DNA of 64,000 nucleotides from an uncultured Coriobacteriaceae bacterium (GTDB lineage: Bacteria > Actinomycetota > Coriobacteriia > Coriobacteriales > Eggerthellaceae): positions 10,935 to 74,934 of the forward strand of contig CALDCB010000005.1 of the NCBI GenBank assembly GCA_937937585.1, in the 5' to 3' direction. The notes beneath the pieces are model-generated. The model saw only the letters and a program-made list of their open reading frames with translations. It did not search any database and had not been told where the DNA came from. Shown piece by piece: positions 17,488 to 29,914 of the stretch. How positions within the stretch are numbered: position 1 is the first letter of the stretch; the number at the start of each line of letters is the position of its first letter. A program made the translations under genes and the position numbers.

Positions 17488-19311
17488 ATGTGCGGCATTG
17501 TCGGCTACACCGGGGTTAAGGATGCAAGCCCCATTCTCATTGATGGACTGAAGCGCCTTGAATATCGAGGTTACGATTCCGCTGGTATCGCGGTGGAGGA
17601 GGCGGGCGGCCTGCAGGTTGTCAGGCGCCGTGGTCGCGTGGAGGCCCTTGAACACACCGTCTCTCATTTCGATCTTAAGGGGACGTGCGGCATCGGGCAT
17701 ACGCGTTGGGCTACGCATGGCCGCCCTTCCGAGGCCAATGCGCACCCTCATGTTTCCTGCGACGGGCACATCGCCATCGTTCACAATGGCATCATCGAGA
17801 ATTTCGCCGACTTGCGCGACCGTCTTGAAAACGAAGGGCACTCGTTCGCGTCGAGTACCGACACCGAAACCGTCGTTCACTTGATTGAAGACTGCTACGA
17901 AGGCGATCTTCTTGATGCGGTCCGCGAGGCAACCACGCAGATCGTAGGTTCGTACGGCCTTGCTGTCGTTGATGATCGCGAGCCGGGCGTCATCGTCGCC
18001 ACGCGAAAGGATTCCCCGCTTATCGTTGGGGTGGCAGAAGGCGGCTGCTATCTGGCTTCTGATGCTATCGCGGTTATCGGTGCGACGCGTGACGTCGTCG
18101 TTCTCGACGACGGGCAGTTCGCGAAGTTGACTGCGAACGGGGCCGACTTCTTCGACTCGCATGGGGAACCGATTGATGTGAAGCCCACGCACGTCACATG
18201 GGATATCGATGTCGCCGAAAAGGGCGGTTACCCCGATTTCATGCTGAAGGAGATTCATGAACAGCCGCGCGTTATCCGCGACACGCTTGCTGGGCGTCTG
18301 GTCAACGGAGCGCTTGAGATCGATGAGCTGGACATGAGCCCCGAAGAGCTTAATCTCATCGATCGCGTTTACGTTATCGCGTGCGGGACGAGCTATCATG
18401 CCGGCTTGGTGGCTAAAGAGCTTATCGAGGGGTGGGCCCGCATCCCGACCGAGGTCGAGGTGGCAAGCGAGTTCCGCTATCGCAACCCGATCATCACGCC
18501 GACCACCCTGGTTGTTGCTGTCTCCCAATCGGGCGAGACCGCCGACACTTTGGCTGCGATTCGCGACGCGAAGGTGAAGGGCGCCCGCGTGTTCGGCATC
18601 ACCAATGTGCTGGGAAGCCCGGTTGCCCGCGAGTCGGACGGTGTTATTTACACGAAGGCCAACAAAGAGATCGCCGTTGCTTCAACGAAGTCGTTCCTTG
18701 GCCAGGTTGTCAGCTTGACGCTTTTGGCAATGCTCCTTGCCCAGGCGAAGGGCAAGCTCAAGATGAATCAAATTCGCCTGCTGTTCCGCGAGCTTGCCGA
18801 TACTGCCGAGCAAGTCGAGCAGATCCTTTCGTGCACGGACGCCGTTGATCAAGCGGCGGCTGCCTGCAAGGATGCTTCAAGCGCCCTGTTCATTGGACGC
18901 GGCATGGGTGCTGCGGTTGCCCGCGAAGGCGCGCTGAAGCTGAAGGAGATCAGCTACCTGCATGCCGAGGCCTATCCTGCCGGCGAGATGAAGCACGGAC
19001 CCATTGCTCTTATCGACGATGGTTTTCCCGTTATTGCCATTGCCACGAAGAGCCCCGTTTACGATAAAGTTGTTTCTAACTTGCAGGAAAGCCGTGCCCG
19101 CGGTGCGAAGATCGTCGTCATTGCAACCGAGGGTGACGAGGACATCAAGAACCACGCCGATTATGTGATCTATATCCCCAAGGTTCGCGATGCTCTGTCC
19201 GCCATTACGGCGAGCGTGCCGCTGCAGTTGCTGGCGCGGTCGATTGCCGTGCTGCGTGGATGCGATGTCGACCAGCCGCGTAATTTGGCAAAAGCGGTTA
19301 CAGTGGAGTGA
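17488..19311 (+). CDS. glmS: glutamine--fructose-6-phosphate aminotransferase
   Basis: MCGIVGY N-terminal nucleophile Cys, so ATG 17488 is used rather than 17482. Two SIS domains. C-terminal LAKAVTVE. Confidence 0.97.
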   Translation: MCGIVGYTGVKDASPILIDGLKRLEYRGYDSAGIAVEEAGGLQVVRRRGRVEALEHTVSHFDLKGTCGIGHTRWATHGRPSEANAHPHVSCDGHIAIVHNGIIENFADLRDRLENEGHSFASSTDTETVVHLIEDCYEGDLLDAVREATTQIVGSYGLAVVDDREPGVIVATRKDSPLIVGVAEGGCYLASDAIAVIGATRDVVVLDDGQFAKLTANGADFFDSHGEPIDVKPTHVTWDIDVAEKGGYPDFMLKEIHEQPRVIRDTLAGRLVNGALEIDELDMSPEELNLIDRVYVIACGTSYHAGLVAKELIEGWARIPTEVEVASEFRYRNPIITPTTLVVAVSQSGETADTLAAIRDAKVKGARVFGITNVLGSPVARESDGVIYTKANKEIAVASTKSFLGQVVSLTLLAMLLAQAKGKLKMNQIRLLFRELADTAEQVEQILSCTDAVDQAAAACKDASSALFIGRGMGAAVAREGALKLKEISYLHAEAYPAGEMKHGPIALIDDGFPVIAIATKSPVYDKVVSNLQESRARGAKIVVIATEGDEDIKNHADYVIYIPKVRDALSAITASVPLQLLARSIAVLRGCDVDQPRNLAKAVTVE

Positions 19312-20078
19312 TCATGACCCAAGAGGAAGAGTGGGATTACGAGATCGAAGACCATCTTGAGGACGAAGCGGCTTCAAATGAGCTAGCGGACGAGTTCGCC
19401 AACATGGCGTTGGGCGAGGTGACGCTTGGTTTCGCGCGTGATCGTCTGTTCGCGTCCGACGGTTTGGTCGAACAAGACGAGGGCTCGCAGTGTGGCGCTT
19501 TGCCGTCGGCGGGCGCGGCCGAGGGCGACTCGGCCGAAAGCGTTGAGGCACGGGAGGCGCTTTCTTCAGGGATTGATGAACTTGAGCAAGACGAGCGTGT
19601 GTTCGATGCGGAGAACGTCGGCCTTGGCGTCGATATCGTCGAAATCGAGCGAATGCGCAAGATCCTTGATCGCTCTCCCTCGTTCTCGCGATTGGTGTTT
19701 TCCGCTGACGAGCAGGAATATTGCGAGAAGTCCGCTTCGCCTGAAACCCACTATGCCTTGAGGTTCGCTGCGAAGGAGGCGGTGGTCAAGGCGCTAGGCA
19801 CCGGTTTTTCCGAGGGCATTGGCGTGCTTGACATCGAGGTTCGTCGCAATGCGAAGGGTCGACCTTTCGTCGTGCTGCGTGGTGCCGCGAAGGATATCGC
19901 GAAAAAGCGCGGTGTGCGCGACATCCCTCTGTCTCTTTCGTACACGCATACCGAGGCTGTTGCTTGCGCGATGGCCATTACCGAAAGCTCGAAAAAGGCA
20001 AGCGAAGAGCGCATCGGCCCTATGGAGGAGCTGACGCGCAAGTTCAAGGAAACTCGCAGCATGCTGGACGATCTTTAG
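19308..20078 (+). CDS. acpS: holo-ACP synthase with acidic N-terminal extension
   Basis: AcpS core GLGVDIVEIERM...FAAKEAVVKALGTGF...LSLSYTHTEAVACAMA occupies aa ~105-220. The ORF start overlaps the glmS stop (ATGA). An alternative internal GTG near 19593 cannot be excluded. Confidence 0.8.
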   Translation: MIMTQEEEWDYEIEDHLEDEAASNELADEFANMALGEVTLGFARDRLFASDGLVEQDEGSQCGALPSAGAAEGDSAESVEAREALSSGIDELEQDERVFDAENVGLGVDIVEIERMRKILDRSPSFSRLVFSADEQEYCEKSASPETHYALRFAAKEAVVKALGTGFSEGIGVLDIEVRRNAKGRPFVVLRGAAKDIAKKRGVRDIPLSLSYTHTEAVACAMAITESSKKASEERIGPMEELTRKFKETRSMLDDL

Positions 20079-20085
20079 GACTTCC

Positions 20086-23231
<3,146 letters not shown>

Positions 23232-23284
23232 GCGCATGCGATCTGGTTTTTCTAGCGGGCGTTCGTGCTTGCGGGAATTGGACC

Positions 23285-23384
23285 CTGTGGCTGCATCCGA
23301 CCGCGGGGTTCGAGCTTTGTGTCCGCATCCCGCCTTGTGACTGCATCCGCTCACGGTACCCGATTTCCGTGAGCGCATCCCGTC
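23285..23384 (+). repeat. array of four 13-nt direct repeats (T/C)GTG-N3-GCATCC in a convergent intergenic region
   Basis: GCATCC at 23292, 23324, 23342 and 23374 (spacing 32/18/32), each preceded by TGTG or CGTG plus 3 nt. An 8-bp hairpin GCTCACGG (23348-55) / CCGTGAGC (23366-73) links units 3 and 4. Confidence 0.6.
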
Positions 23385-23409
23385 CTAGGGCGATATTTTT
23401 GCTGCATGA

Positions 23410-23446
23410 AGAAAGACGGACGCCGTTTCGGCGCCCGTCTTCGTTT
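23410..23446. terminator. bidirectional terminator between ligA and the glutaredoxin-like gene
   Basis: 12-bp stem with one mismatch (23412-23423 / 23429-23440) and a 5-nt loop. T-rich flanks on both strands. Confidence 0.65.
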
Positions 23447-23461
23447 CGCGGTTCGATTTGT

Positions 23462-23761
23462 TTAGCAGCCCGATCCGTCAAGCTTGCATGCCTCGCCGTC
23501 CGCGGGCTTCGACTTCAGCCCCACTTCTTCGGCGGTGAGGGTGACCGTTCCGTCTTCCTTCACGAAGCAGGGGATTCCCAACCAACCGTTTTCCTTCGCT
23601 TCATCGAAGACGGGGTTGTTGTCGCGGAGATGCATGAACTCCTTCAGGTTCTTCACGTGCTCGCCGATGTCGATGGACTCGAACTCGTCGGAGCGGTTTT
23701 CGATCTGATGATGGACGTACTCGCAGTCGGGGCACGAGGGCATACCGTAGATTTTGATCAT
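23462..23761 (-). CDS. glutaredoxin-like (thioredoxin-fold) protein, CPDC active site
   Basis: MIKIYGMPSCPDCEY...GIPCFVKEDG follows a thioredoxin-fold pattern similar to YruB/NrdH-like glutaredoxins. Extra Cys-containing tail. Confidence 0.75.
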   Translation of the reverse strand: MIKIYGMPSCPDCEYVHHQIENRSDEFESIDIGEHVKNLKEFMHLRDNNPVFDEAKENGWLGIPCFVKEDGTVTLTAEEVGLKSKPADGEACKLDGSGC

Positions 23762-23859
23762 GAGACAACCTCCAAATCGATGTCAGTTTTGGCCACGGCC
23801 GCGTTTTGCCGCAGTCGAGCGATAGCTGTAGTATAGCGCGCAGGAAAGGAAGGGGAGCT

Positions 23860-24447
23860 ATGTCGGAATCCGGTGCATGTAAGAAGCGCGAAGTCGCCAT
23901 GGACTTCCATAAGGTGAAGATCGATCCAACGGCGCAGCTGTCTTTGCACTGCACGGTGGTGGGGGACGTCAACATCGGCCCGCGTTGCACGGTGTTCTCG
24001 GGAACGCACATTCGCGGCGATGCGGCTCCTGTTTCGATCGGGCGCGAAGTTAACATTCAAGAGGGATGCGTTTTCCATGTGAGCGAAAACACCCCGCTTG
24101 TCATTGGCGATCATGTCACGGTGGGCCATAGAGCGGTTCTCCACGGCTGTGTTATCGGCGATAACTCGCTGGTGGGTATGGGCTCTATCGTTATGGACGG
24201 GGCCGTTATCGGTGAGAACTGCCTGATAGGCGCGGGGTCTTTGGTCACTCAGGGCAAAATATTCGAACCCGGCAGCCTGATTCTTGGCTCGCCTGCCCGT
24301 GTTGTGCGGATGCTTTCGGAGGACGAGATAGCGACGATGATCGCAAGAGCGAGCGATTGGTACTGCGAAGTGGGCTCGGCAATGGTTGATGATGGGGTGA
24401 TGCTGCGCCCGTCGCCCGATGCAACCATATGGCCCGAGCGCGATTGA
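23860..24447 (+). CDS. gamma-carbonic-anhydrase-family / hexapeptide-repeat (LbH) protein
   Basis: ATG 23860 follows GGAAGGGGAG. Left-handed beta-helix repeats. HIRGD and VGHRAVLHGC match the gamma-CA/YrdA/PaaY family His pattern. Confidence 0.85.
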   Translation: MSESGACKKREVAMDFHKVKIDPTAQLSLHCTVVGDVNIGPRCTVFSGTHIRGDAAPVSIGREVNIQEGCVFHVSENTPLVIGDHVTVGHRAVLHGCVIGDNSLVGMGSIVMDGAVIGENCLIGAGSLVTQGKIFEPGSLILGSPARVVRMLSEDEIATMIARASDWYCEVGSAMVDDGVMLRPSPDATIWPERD

Positions 24448-24517
24448 GGCGCCTTCGCTAAGCAGGGAATGACTATTTCAGTTAGTATTGGGGTGTTCCC
24501 AAGGAAAGGACCATCCT

Positions 24518-25462
24518 ATGATTCTGGCAACCCTTCTGTTCATTTTCATTGTGGCTTCGATCGTCTCCACGGCGCTTGGCTCTCCGGTTCTCTTCGTGGT
24601 GCGCCAGCAGGAAGCATCGATCATCGAGCGTCTTGGCAAGTTCAACCGTATCGTGAACCCCGGCCTTCATTTCCTGATCCCGTTCATCGAGCGCCGTGCC
24701 GCCAACGTCAACCTGCGAACGCAGGAAGCCCGCTACTCGCTTAACGGCAAGACGAAGGATAACGTGACCATCGGCACGGCCGTTTCGGTTCAGTTCCGTG
24801 TCGATCAGATGCCGGCTCAGTCGGTTGAGCAGTCGGGCGTCTACCGTAGTTACTACATCCTGAGCAACCCCATCGATCAGATGGAAAGCTATATCGCCGA
24901 CGCGCTGCGCTCCGCGATCCCCGGTTACACGCTTGACGAGGTGTTCGACAACAAGGACCTCATTGCGCAGAACGTGAAGGATTCTGTCACCGAGCTCATG
25001 GCGGGCTATGGCTACGACATCATCACGACGCTTATCACCAATATCGAGTTGCCCAAGGACGTTGAGCGCTCTATGAACGCCATCAACTCCGCTCAGCGCG
25101 ATCAAGAGGCTGCCAAGGCGCTTGCCGAGGCCGAGCGTACCAAGACCGTCGTTGCCGCAAGGGCTCAGGCCGAGGCTATGGAGCAAACGGGTATCGGCAT
25201 TGCCAACCAGCGCAAAGCCATCGCCGACGGCATCGCTGCGTCGCTTGACACCATCAAGTCCTCGGGCGTTTCCTCCCAGGAGGCCAACGATCTATTCGCC
25301 TACACCCAGTGGGTCGAGATGATGGGGTCTTTCGCCGAGTCGGGCAGGTCTTCGACGGTCGTTCTTCCGTCCAATTTCGGGGGCAAGTCCTCGATCCTTC
25401 CCGACCTCCTTGCCGCTCAAGCCGCCCAGGGTGCGGAGGGCGGCGCTTCGACGCAAGAGTAG
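24518..25462 (+). CDS. SPFH/band-7 (stomatin/prohibitin-like) membrane protein
   Basis: N-terminal TM helix, then VVRQQEASIIERLGKFNRIVNPGLHFLIPFIE (SPFH core) and a coiled-coil AQRDQEAAKALAEAERTK. Confidence 0.85.
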   Translation: MILATLLFIFIVASIVSTALGSPVLFVVRQQEASIIERLGKFNRIVNPGLHFLIPFIERRAANVNLRTQEARYSLNGKTKDNVTIGTAVSVQFRVDQMPAQSVEQSGVYRSYYILSNPIDQMESYIADALRSAIPGYTLDEVFDNKDLIAQNVKDSVTELMAGYGYDIITTLITNIELPKDVERSMNAINSAQRDQEAAKALAEAERTKTVVAARAQAEAMEQTGIGIANQRKAIADGIAASLDTIKSSGVSSQEANDLFAYTQWVEMMGSFAESGRSSTVVLPSNFGGKSSILPDLLAAQAAQGAEGGASTQE

Positions 25463-25523
25463 CGTTTCGCCTAGCTATCCAACGGAATATGCGAGCTTGC
25501 GGCCGGGGATCCAGGTTCGTTCG

Positions 25524-25560
25524 GGCGCAACCTCGACGAGGTCGGGGTTGCGCCTTTTTG
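25524..25560 (+). terminator. rho-independent terminator after the SPFH gene
   Basis: GGCGCAACC (25524-32) / GGTTGCGCC (25546-54), followed by TTTTT. Confidence 0.8.
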
Positions 25561-25641
25561 CAGTTCCTGTAGTAGATCTCGCCTTGTGTTCCTTGTGTGC
25601 TAAAATCTATCGCTGTTTATTGCGCTATTGGAAGGAACCGC

Positions 25642-26445
25642 ATGTCAGGTCATTCAAAGTGGGCTACCACCAAACACCGCAAGGCCGCTCAGGACGCTAA
25701 GCGTTCGGCTTTGTTCTCTAAGCTCGCCCGTAACATCACCGTTGCAGCCAAGGAGGGTGGCGACCCCAACCCTGACAACAACGCGTCTCTCGCCGCCGCA
25801 ATCGAGAAGGCCAAGGGCTACTCGCTGCCCAAGGACAAGATCAAAACCGCTATCGACAAGGCGTTCGGCTCCGGTAAGGATGCTGCCAACTACGAAACCG
25901 TGACGTACGAGGGTTACGGTCCTGCTGGCGTCGCTATCTTCTGCGAGGCTCTTACCGACAACCGTAACCGTACCGCTGCCGATGTCCGCGCTGCCTTTGC
26001 CCATCATGGCGGCAACCTGGGCACCTCCGGCTCCGTTGCGTTCCAGTTCGACCGTAAGGGCCAGATCATGGTCCCGAAAGAGGTTGAGACCGGCGACAAG
26101 AAGAACCCTGTTGCCCCGAACGGCGCAGCTGCCGACGAGGACGAGTTCATGATGGCCGTTGCCGAGGCTGGCGGCGACGATTACGAGGACGCCGGCGACG
26201 AGTGGATCGTCTACACCGGCGCTACCGACCTCATGGCCGTTAAGAAGGCTATCGAGGCCCAGGACATCCAGACCAAGGGCGCCGAGCTCACCATGATCCC
26301 GAACACTCCGGCGACGGTTTCCGTTTCCGATGCTCAGAAGGTCATGCGCCTTATTGACAAGCTGGAAGAGCTTGAGGATCTCCAGAACGTTTACCACGCA
26401 ATGGATATCACCGACGAGATCGCAGAGGCTCTCGACGCCGAGTAA
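25642..26445 (+). CDS. yebC: YebC/PmpR-family DNA-binding regulator
   Basis: MSGHSKWATTKHRKAAQDAKR start. ATG 25642 follows GGAAGGA. Confidence 0.93.
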   Translation: MSGHSKWATTKHRKAAQDAKRSALFSKLARNITVAAKEGGDPNPDNNASLAAAIEKAKGYSLPKDKIKTAIDKAFGSGKDAANYETVTYEGYGPAGVAIFCEALTDNRNRTAADVRAAFAHHGGNLGTSGSVAFQFDRKGQIMVPKEVETGDKKNPVAPNGAAADEDEFMMAVAEAGGDDYEDAGDEWIVYTGATDLMAVKKAIEAQDIQTKGAELTMIPNTPATVSVSDAQKVMRLIDKLEELEDLQNVYHAMDITDEIAEALDAE

Positions 26446-26470
26446 CCTCCCGCTTTCAAACAGGAATCCA

Positions 26471-26512
26471 ACACCCGTCGCCTTTCTTTTGGGCGGCGGG
26501 TGTTTCTGTTTG
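26471..26512 (+). terminator. rho-independent terminator after yebC
   Basis: 12-bp stem ACACCCGTCGCC / GGCGGCGGGTGT (one G-U pair), followed by TTTCTGTTT. Confidence 0.75.
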
Positions 26513-26566
26513 AGAAACACAAACAGATGTTCTATAATTGCAAAAAACGACAACACAAGGGGAGGC

Positions 26567-27073
26567 ATGACGGTCGAACGGGTCATACTGGGCATCGATC
26601 CCGGGCTTGCGAACACAGGCTGGGGAATCGTCAGGCAGTCGGGGTCAAGGCTTGCCTGCGAGGCTTACGGCTGCATTAGCACGCCTGCCTCATGGCCGCT
26701 TGTGCATCGTCTTGGCAAGATACACGAGCAAATGTCCGCCGTTATCGATCGCTTCAATCCGCAATGTTGCGGTATCGAAACGGTTTGGTTCGGTCAGAAC
26801 ATCACCGCCGCGTTCGCAACGGGCCAAGCTCGAGGTGCGGCCTTGGTCGCTTGCTCGCAGGGCGCTCTTGAGGTGGGCGAGTTTTCCCCTCGTCAGATCA
26901 AACTGGCGGTAGTGGGAACGGGTACGGCCGATAAAGACCAGGTCACCTACATGGTCAAACAGCTCCTCTCATTAGAGAAGGAGCCTCATCCCGACCATGC
27001 GGCCGATGCCCTTGCCGCAGCGATATGCTTCACCACGCATGATGGCTTAACCGCGCAGTTTGCGCGTCGATGA
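26567..27073 (+). CDS. ruvC: crossover junction endodeoxyribonuclease RuvC
   Basis: ATG 26567 follows AAGGGGAGG. ILGIDPGLANTGWGIV is present, and HAADALAAAICH resembles the RuvC C-terminal motif. Confidence 0.95.
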   Translation: MTVERVILGIDPGLANTGWGIVRQSGSRLACEAYGCISTPASWPLVHRLGKIHEQMSAVIDRFNPQCCGIETVWFGQNITAAFATGQARGAALVACSQGALEVGEFSPRQIKLAVVGTGTADKDQVTYMVKQLLSLEKEPHPDHAADALAAAICFTTHDGLTAQFARR

Positions 27074-27090
27074 AAAAAGGGGAATGTGCC

Positions 27091-27687
27091 ATGATCTCGT
27101 TCTTGAAGGGAACCGTCGAAGCTAAAACGCTTACTTGCGTCTATCTTGATGTGAACGGTGTCGGCTTCGAGATCGGCATGTCCCAAACAAGCTTGTCGAA
27201 GCTCCCCGAGATTGGCCAGCGTGCTCAGATTTTCACATACATGCAGGTGCGCGACGACGGCATGTCTCTTTACGGCTTCCTGTCTGCCGAGGAAAAGGCG
27301 CTGTTCGAGAAACTCATCAGCGTTTCCGGCGTAGGACCGAAGGTGGCGTTGGCGGCTTTGTCTACGTACAGTCCCGAAGCTCTGCTTGGCATTATCTCCG
27401 AGCAAGACATCGCGGCGGTTCAGCGCATTCCTGGCGTAGGGAAGAAAACTGCATCGCGTATCGTTCTCGAGTTAAAAGGCTCGTTCGATCAAGATGCTGT
27501 TAGTTTGTTCGCCCCCGCCAAACAAAGCGACCAGGCAAGCTCTACTATCGAGATCGCACGCGAGGCCCTTCTGTCTATGGGCTTCACCTCCGCCGAGGCC
27601 GATCTCGCATTGAAGGGAGCCCCTGAAGGGACTAACGATAGCGCGCTGCTACAATACGCGTTGAAGCGACTTGGAACGAATGCATAA
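27091..27687 (+). CDS. ruvA: Holliday junction helicase subunit RuvA
   Basis: MISFLKGTV start. HhH motifs LISVSGVGPKVALAAL and IPGVGKKTASRIVLELK. Confidence 0.95.
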   Translation: MISFLKGTVEAKTLTCVYLDVNGVGFEIGMSQTSLSKLPEIGQRAQIFTYMQVRDDGMSLYGFLSAEEKALFEKLISVSGVGPKVALAALSTYSPEALLGIISEQDIAAVQRIPGVGKKTASRIVLELKGSFDQDAVSLFAPAKQSDQASSTIEIAREALLSMGFTSAEADLALKGAPEGTNDSALLQYALKRLGTNA

Positions 27688-27690
27688 CAG

Positions 27691-28824
27691 GTGGTCATGA
27701 ATACTAAAGTCGAAATAGAAGGTTTGGTGTTCGAATCGCCCGATGCGGGCGGCTTCGGTTCGTCGCGCCCTGGTGTGGGGGCTTCGCTGTCGCAGACCGC
27801 GCGCGGTTCGTTCGGCGATGCGCGTTCTCGTGCGGTGTCTGCCGATTTACAAGAGGACGACCTTGCGCTCGATCGCAGCCTGCGACCGAAGATGCTCTCC
27901 GATTACATCGGGCAGGAGAAGATCAAGGATTCTCTGGACATCATGATCCAAGCTGCGAAGGAACGCGGGGAGACAGTCGACCACATTTTGTTCTCGGGCC
28001 CTCCGGGTTTGGGAAAGACGACGCTTTCAACCGTTGTTGCGAACGAGCTTGGCTCTAATATCAAAACGACAAGCGGTCCTGCCATCGAACGCACGGGCGA
28101 TCTTGCCGCCATCCTTACCAATCTCGAGGAGGGCGACGTTCTATTCATCGACGAGATCCATCGCCTCAATCGCATGGTTGAAGAGGTCTTGTACCCGGCT
28201 CTTGAAGACTACGTTCTCGATATCGTGGTAGGCAAAGGCCCCGCTGCTCGCTCCATCAGGATCGATCTGCCGCATTTCACGCTTATCGGGGCAACCACGC
28301 GTACGGGTTTGCTTACGGGTCCCTTGCGCGATCGCTTCGGAATTGCATTCCGTCTTCAGTACTATACCCCCGAAGAGCTTGCCCTTATCGTAAGCCGATC
28401 AGCCGACATCTTAGACGTGCCTATCACGCAAGACGGCGCTTTGGAAATCGCACGTCGCTCCCGCGGCACGCCGCGCTTGGCAAATCGCTTGCTTAAACGC
28501 GTTCGTGATTGGGCTCAGGTTCGTGGCGACGGGGCAATTAACGAAGACGTGGCTGCCGAGGCGCTTTCGTTCTACGACGTCGACCCGCTTGGTCTTGACG
28601 CCATGGACAATCGTATATTGCAGCTCCTCGCCGTGCAGTTCGGTGGCCGACCGGTTGGCGTGAACACCATCGCCTCGGCGCTTTCTGAGGACGTTGACAC
28701 CATCGAGGACGTGTACGAGCCGTTTCTCATGCAGTGCGGTCTGATCGCTCGCACGCCGAAAGGCAGGCAGGCAACGCTGCGTGCTTTCGAGCATTTGGGC
28801 GTGAAGCCGCCGGAAGGTATGTAG
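27691..28824 (+). CDS. ruvB: Holliday junction helicase RuvB (with ~45-aa N-terminal extension)
   Basis: [16 protein letters not shown], Walker [11 protein letters not shown], Walker B FIDEIHRL, sensor [11 protein letters not shown]. Confidence 0.95.
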   Translation: MVMNTKVEIEGLVFESPDAGGFGSSRPGVGASLSQTARGSFGDARSRAVSADLQEDDLALDRSLRPKMLSDYIGQEKIKDSLDIMIQAAKERGETVDHILFSGPPGLGKTTLSTVVANELGSNIKTTSGPAIERTGDLAAILTNLEEGDVLFIDEIHRLNRMVEEVLYPALEDYVLDIVVGKGPAARSIRIDLPHFTLIGATTRTGLLTGPLRDRFGIAFRLQYYTPEELALIVSRSADILDVPITQDGALEIARRSRGTPRLANRLLKRVRDWAQVRGDGAINEDVAAEALSFYDVDPLGLDAMDNRILQLLAVQFGGRPVGVNTIASALSEDVDTIEDVYEPFLMQCGLIARTPKGRQATLRAFEHLGVKPPEGM

Positions 28825-28833
28825 GGGTCGCTT

Positions 28834-29304
28834 ATGTTTCAGCGTGATTACCTCATGAAACAGCTTCTGGTGTTCTTTCAGGCATTGGCAAGAAGCTTGC
28901 AGCAGCGCCAAAAAGAAGACAATCCGCTTCTTGCCGCGCAGGCGCTTGAAAACGCCATTTCTTCCGCTACGGATCTTGACGGTGCGGCGCTCCTTTCGCT
29001 GTCTCCTGAGTCAATTGCCCAGGTGCTGCGCGTTTCGGGGGTCGACCCTCAGGTAGTGTCTTATATAGCCCATGGGCTGCTTCTTGAGTCCCAATATTTA
29101 ACGGATGCTTGCGAGCGCGATTTGGCCGACGTTCGCAAACGTCAGGCGCTAGCCCTTGCGCAGTCATATGGTTTCGAGTTGCCAGATGATCTAGCCGATT
29201 TGTCGCAGCTTGAGGTAACGGACGAACCCGATGATCTCGATGCCTTCGAGTCGCTGCCCATCGGTAGTATTGACGACCTCGAAGATCTTTTAGGTTCGTG
29301 CTGA
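28834..29304 (+). CDS. hypothetical protein, helical N-terminus and acidic C-terminus
   Basis: 156-aa ORF tightly following ruvB. Codon usage resembles its neighbours. No motif recognised (possibly DUF6483-like). Confidence 0.55.
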   Translation: MFQRDYLMKQLLVFFQALARSLQQRQKEDNPLLAAQALENAISSATDLDGAALLSLSPESIAQVLRVSGVDPQVVSYIAHGLLLESQYLTDACERDLADVRKRQALALAQSYGFELPDDLADLSQLEVTDEPDDLDAFESLPIGSIDDLEDLLGSC

Positions 29305-29506
29305 TCTCGCCCGTTTTTTCGGTGACTGTTCATTCTCGGACGTTCTGCTCATAAAAAAGGACTATCGGCGGAATCTCTCGTGAGAAAACCAGTGCGGGTA
29401 GCGTATAGTTAACCCGTTGCCTTTGAGGTGAAGGCAAAGTGTTGTCGCCATACAGCACGCAGTTTTACCCTTCCGACGACATCGGGGGGAGAAAAGAGGA
29501 TTTAAG

Positions 29507-29710
29507 ATGGCGCAAGGTACTGTTAAGTGGTTCAACCCGGAAAAAGGCTATGGCTTCATTTCTCAGGAGGGCGGCGAAGATCTGTTCGTCCATTACTCTG
29601 AGATCAAGATGGACGGCTTCAAGACGCTCGACGAGGGCCAGGCTGTTTCCTTTGAAATCACCACGGGCCAGAACGGCAAGCTCCAGGCAAGCAATGTAAC
29701 GAAGCTCTAA
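29507..29710 (+). CDS. cold-shock protein (CspA family)
   Basis: [18 protein letters not shown] (RNP1) and DLFVHYS (RNP2). A ~95-nt leader after a TATAGT -10 at 29404-29409. Confidence 0.97.
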   Translation: MAQGTVKWFNPEKGYGFISQEGGEDLFVHYSEIKMDGFKTLDEGQAVSFEITTGQNGKLQASNVTKL

Positions 29711-29748
29711 GTCTGGGAATCCCCAAGATTTTCTTCTAACAAAGCTTA

Positions 29749-29777
29749 ACGGCCTCGCGAACGCGGGGCCGTTTTTC
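29749..29777 (+). terminator. rho-independent terminator after csp
   Basis: 9-bp GC-rich stem (29750-58 / 29763-71), followed by TTTTT. Confidence 0.75.
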
Positions 29778-29788
29778 GTGCGTCCAAG

Positions 29789-29827
29789 AAAGGCTCGAAC
29801 CGTCGGTTGGATCGGTTCGAGCCTTTT
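29789..29827. terminator. second, bidirectional hairpin (likely terminator for queA)
   Basis: 14-bp perfect stem AAAGGCTCGAACCG / CGGTTCGAGCCTTT with a 10-nt loop. T-rich on both strands. Confidence 0.7.
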
Positions 29828-29914
29828 GTCAGCTATGCGGGATGACGGGCGCCGGACGTGAGGCGATTTAGCTGGCGGTAATTGGTTTTGGGCGGCGCCG
29901 ATCGGTGTCGAGCG

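Noticed and set aside
23285-23384. The GCATCC repeat cluster as a CRISPR array.
   Set aside because: The units are only 13 nt, the spacing is irregular (32/18/32), there are only four copies, and no cas genes are in the window.
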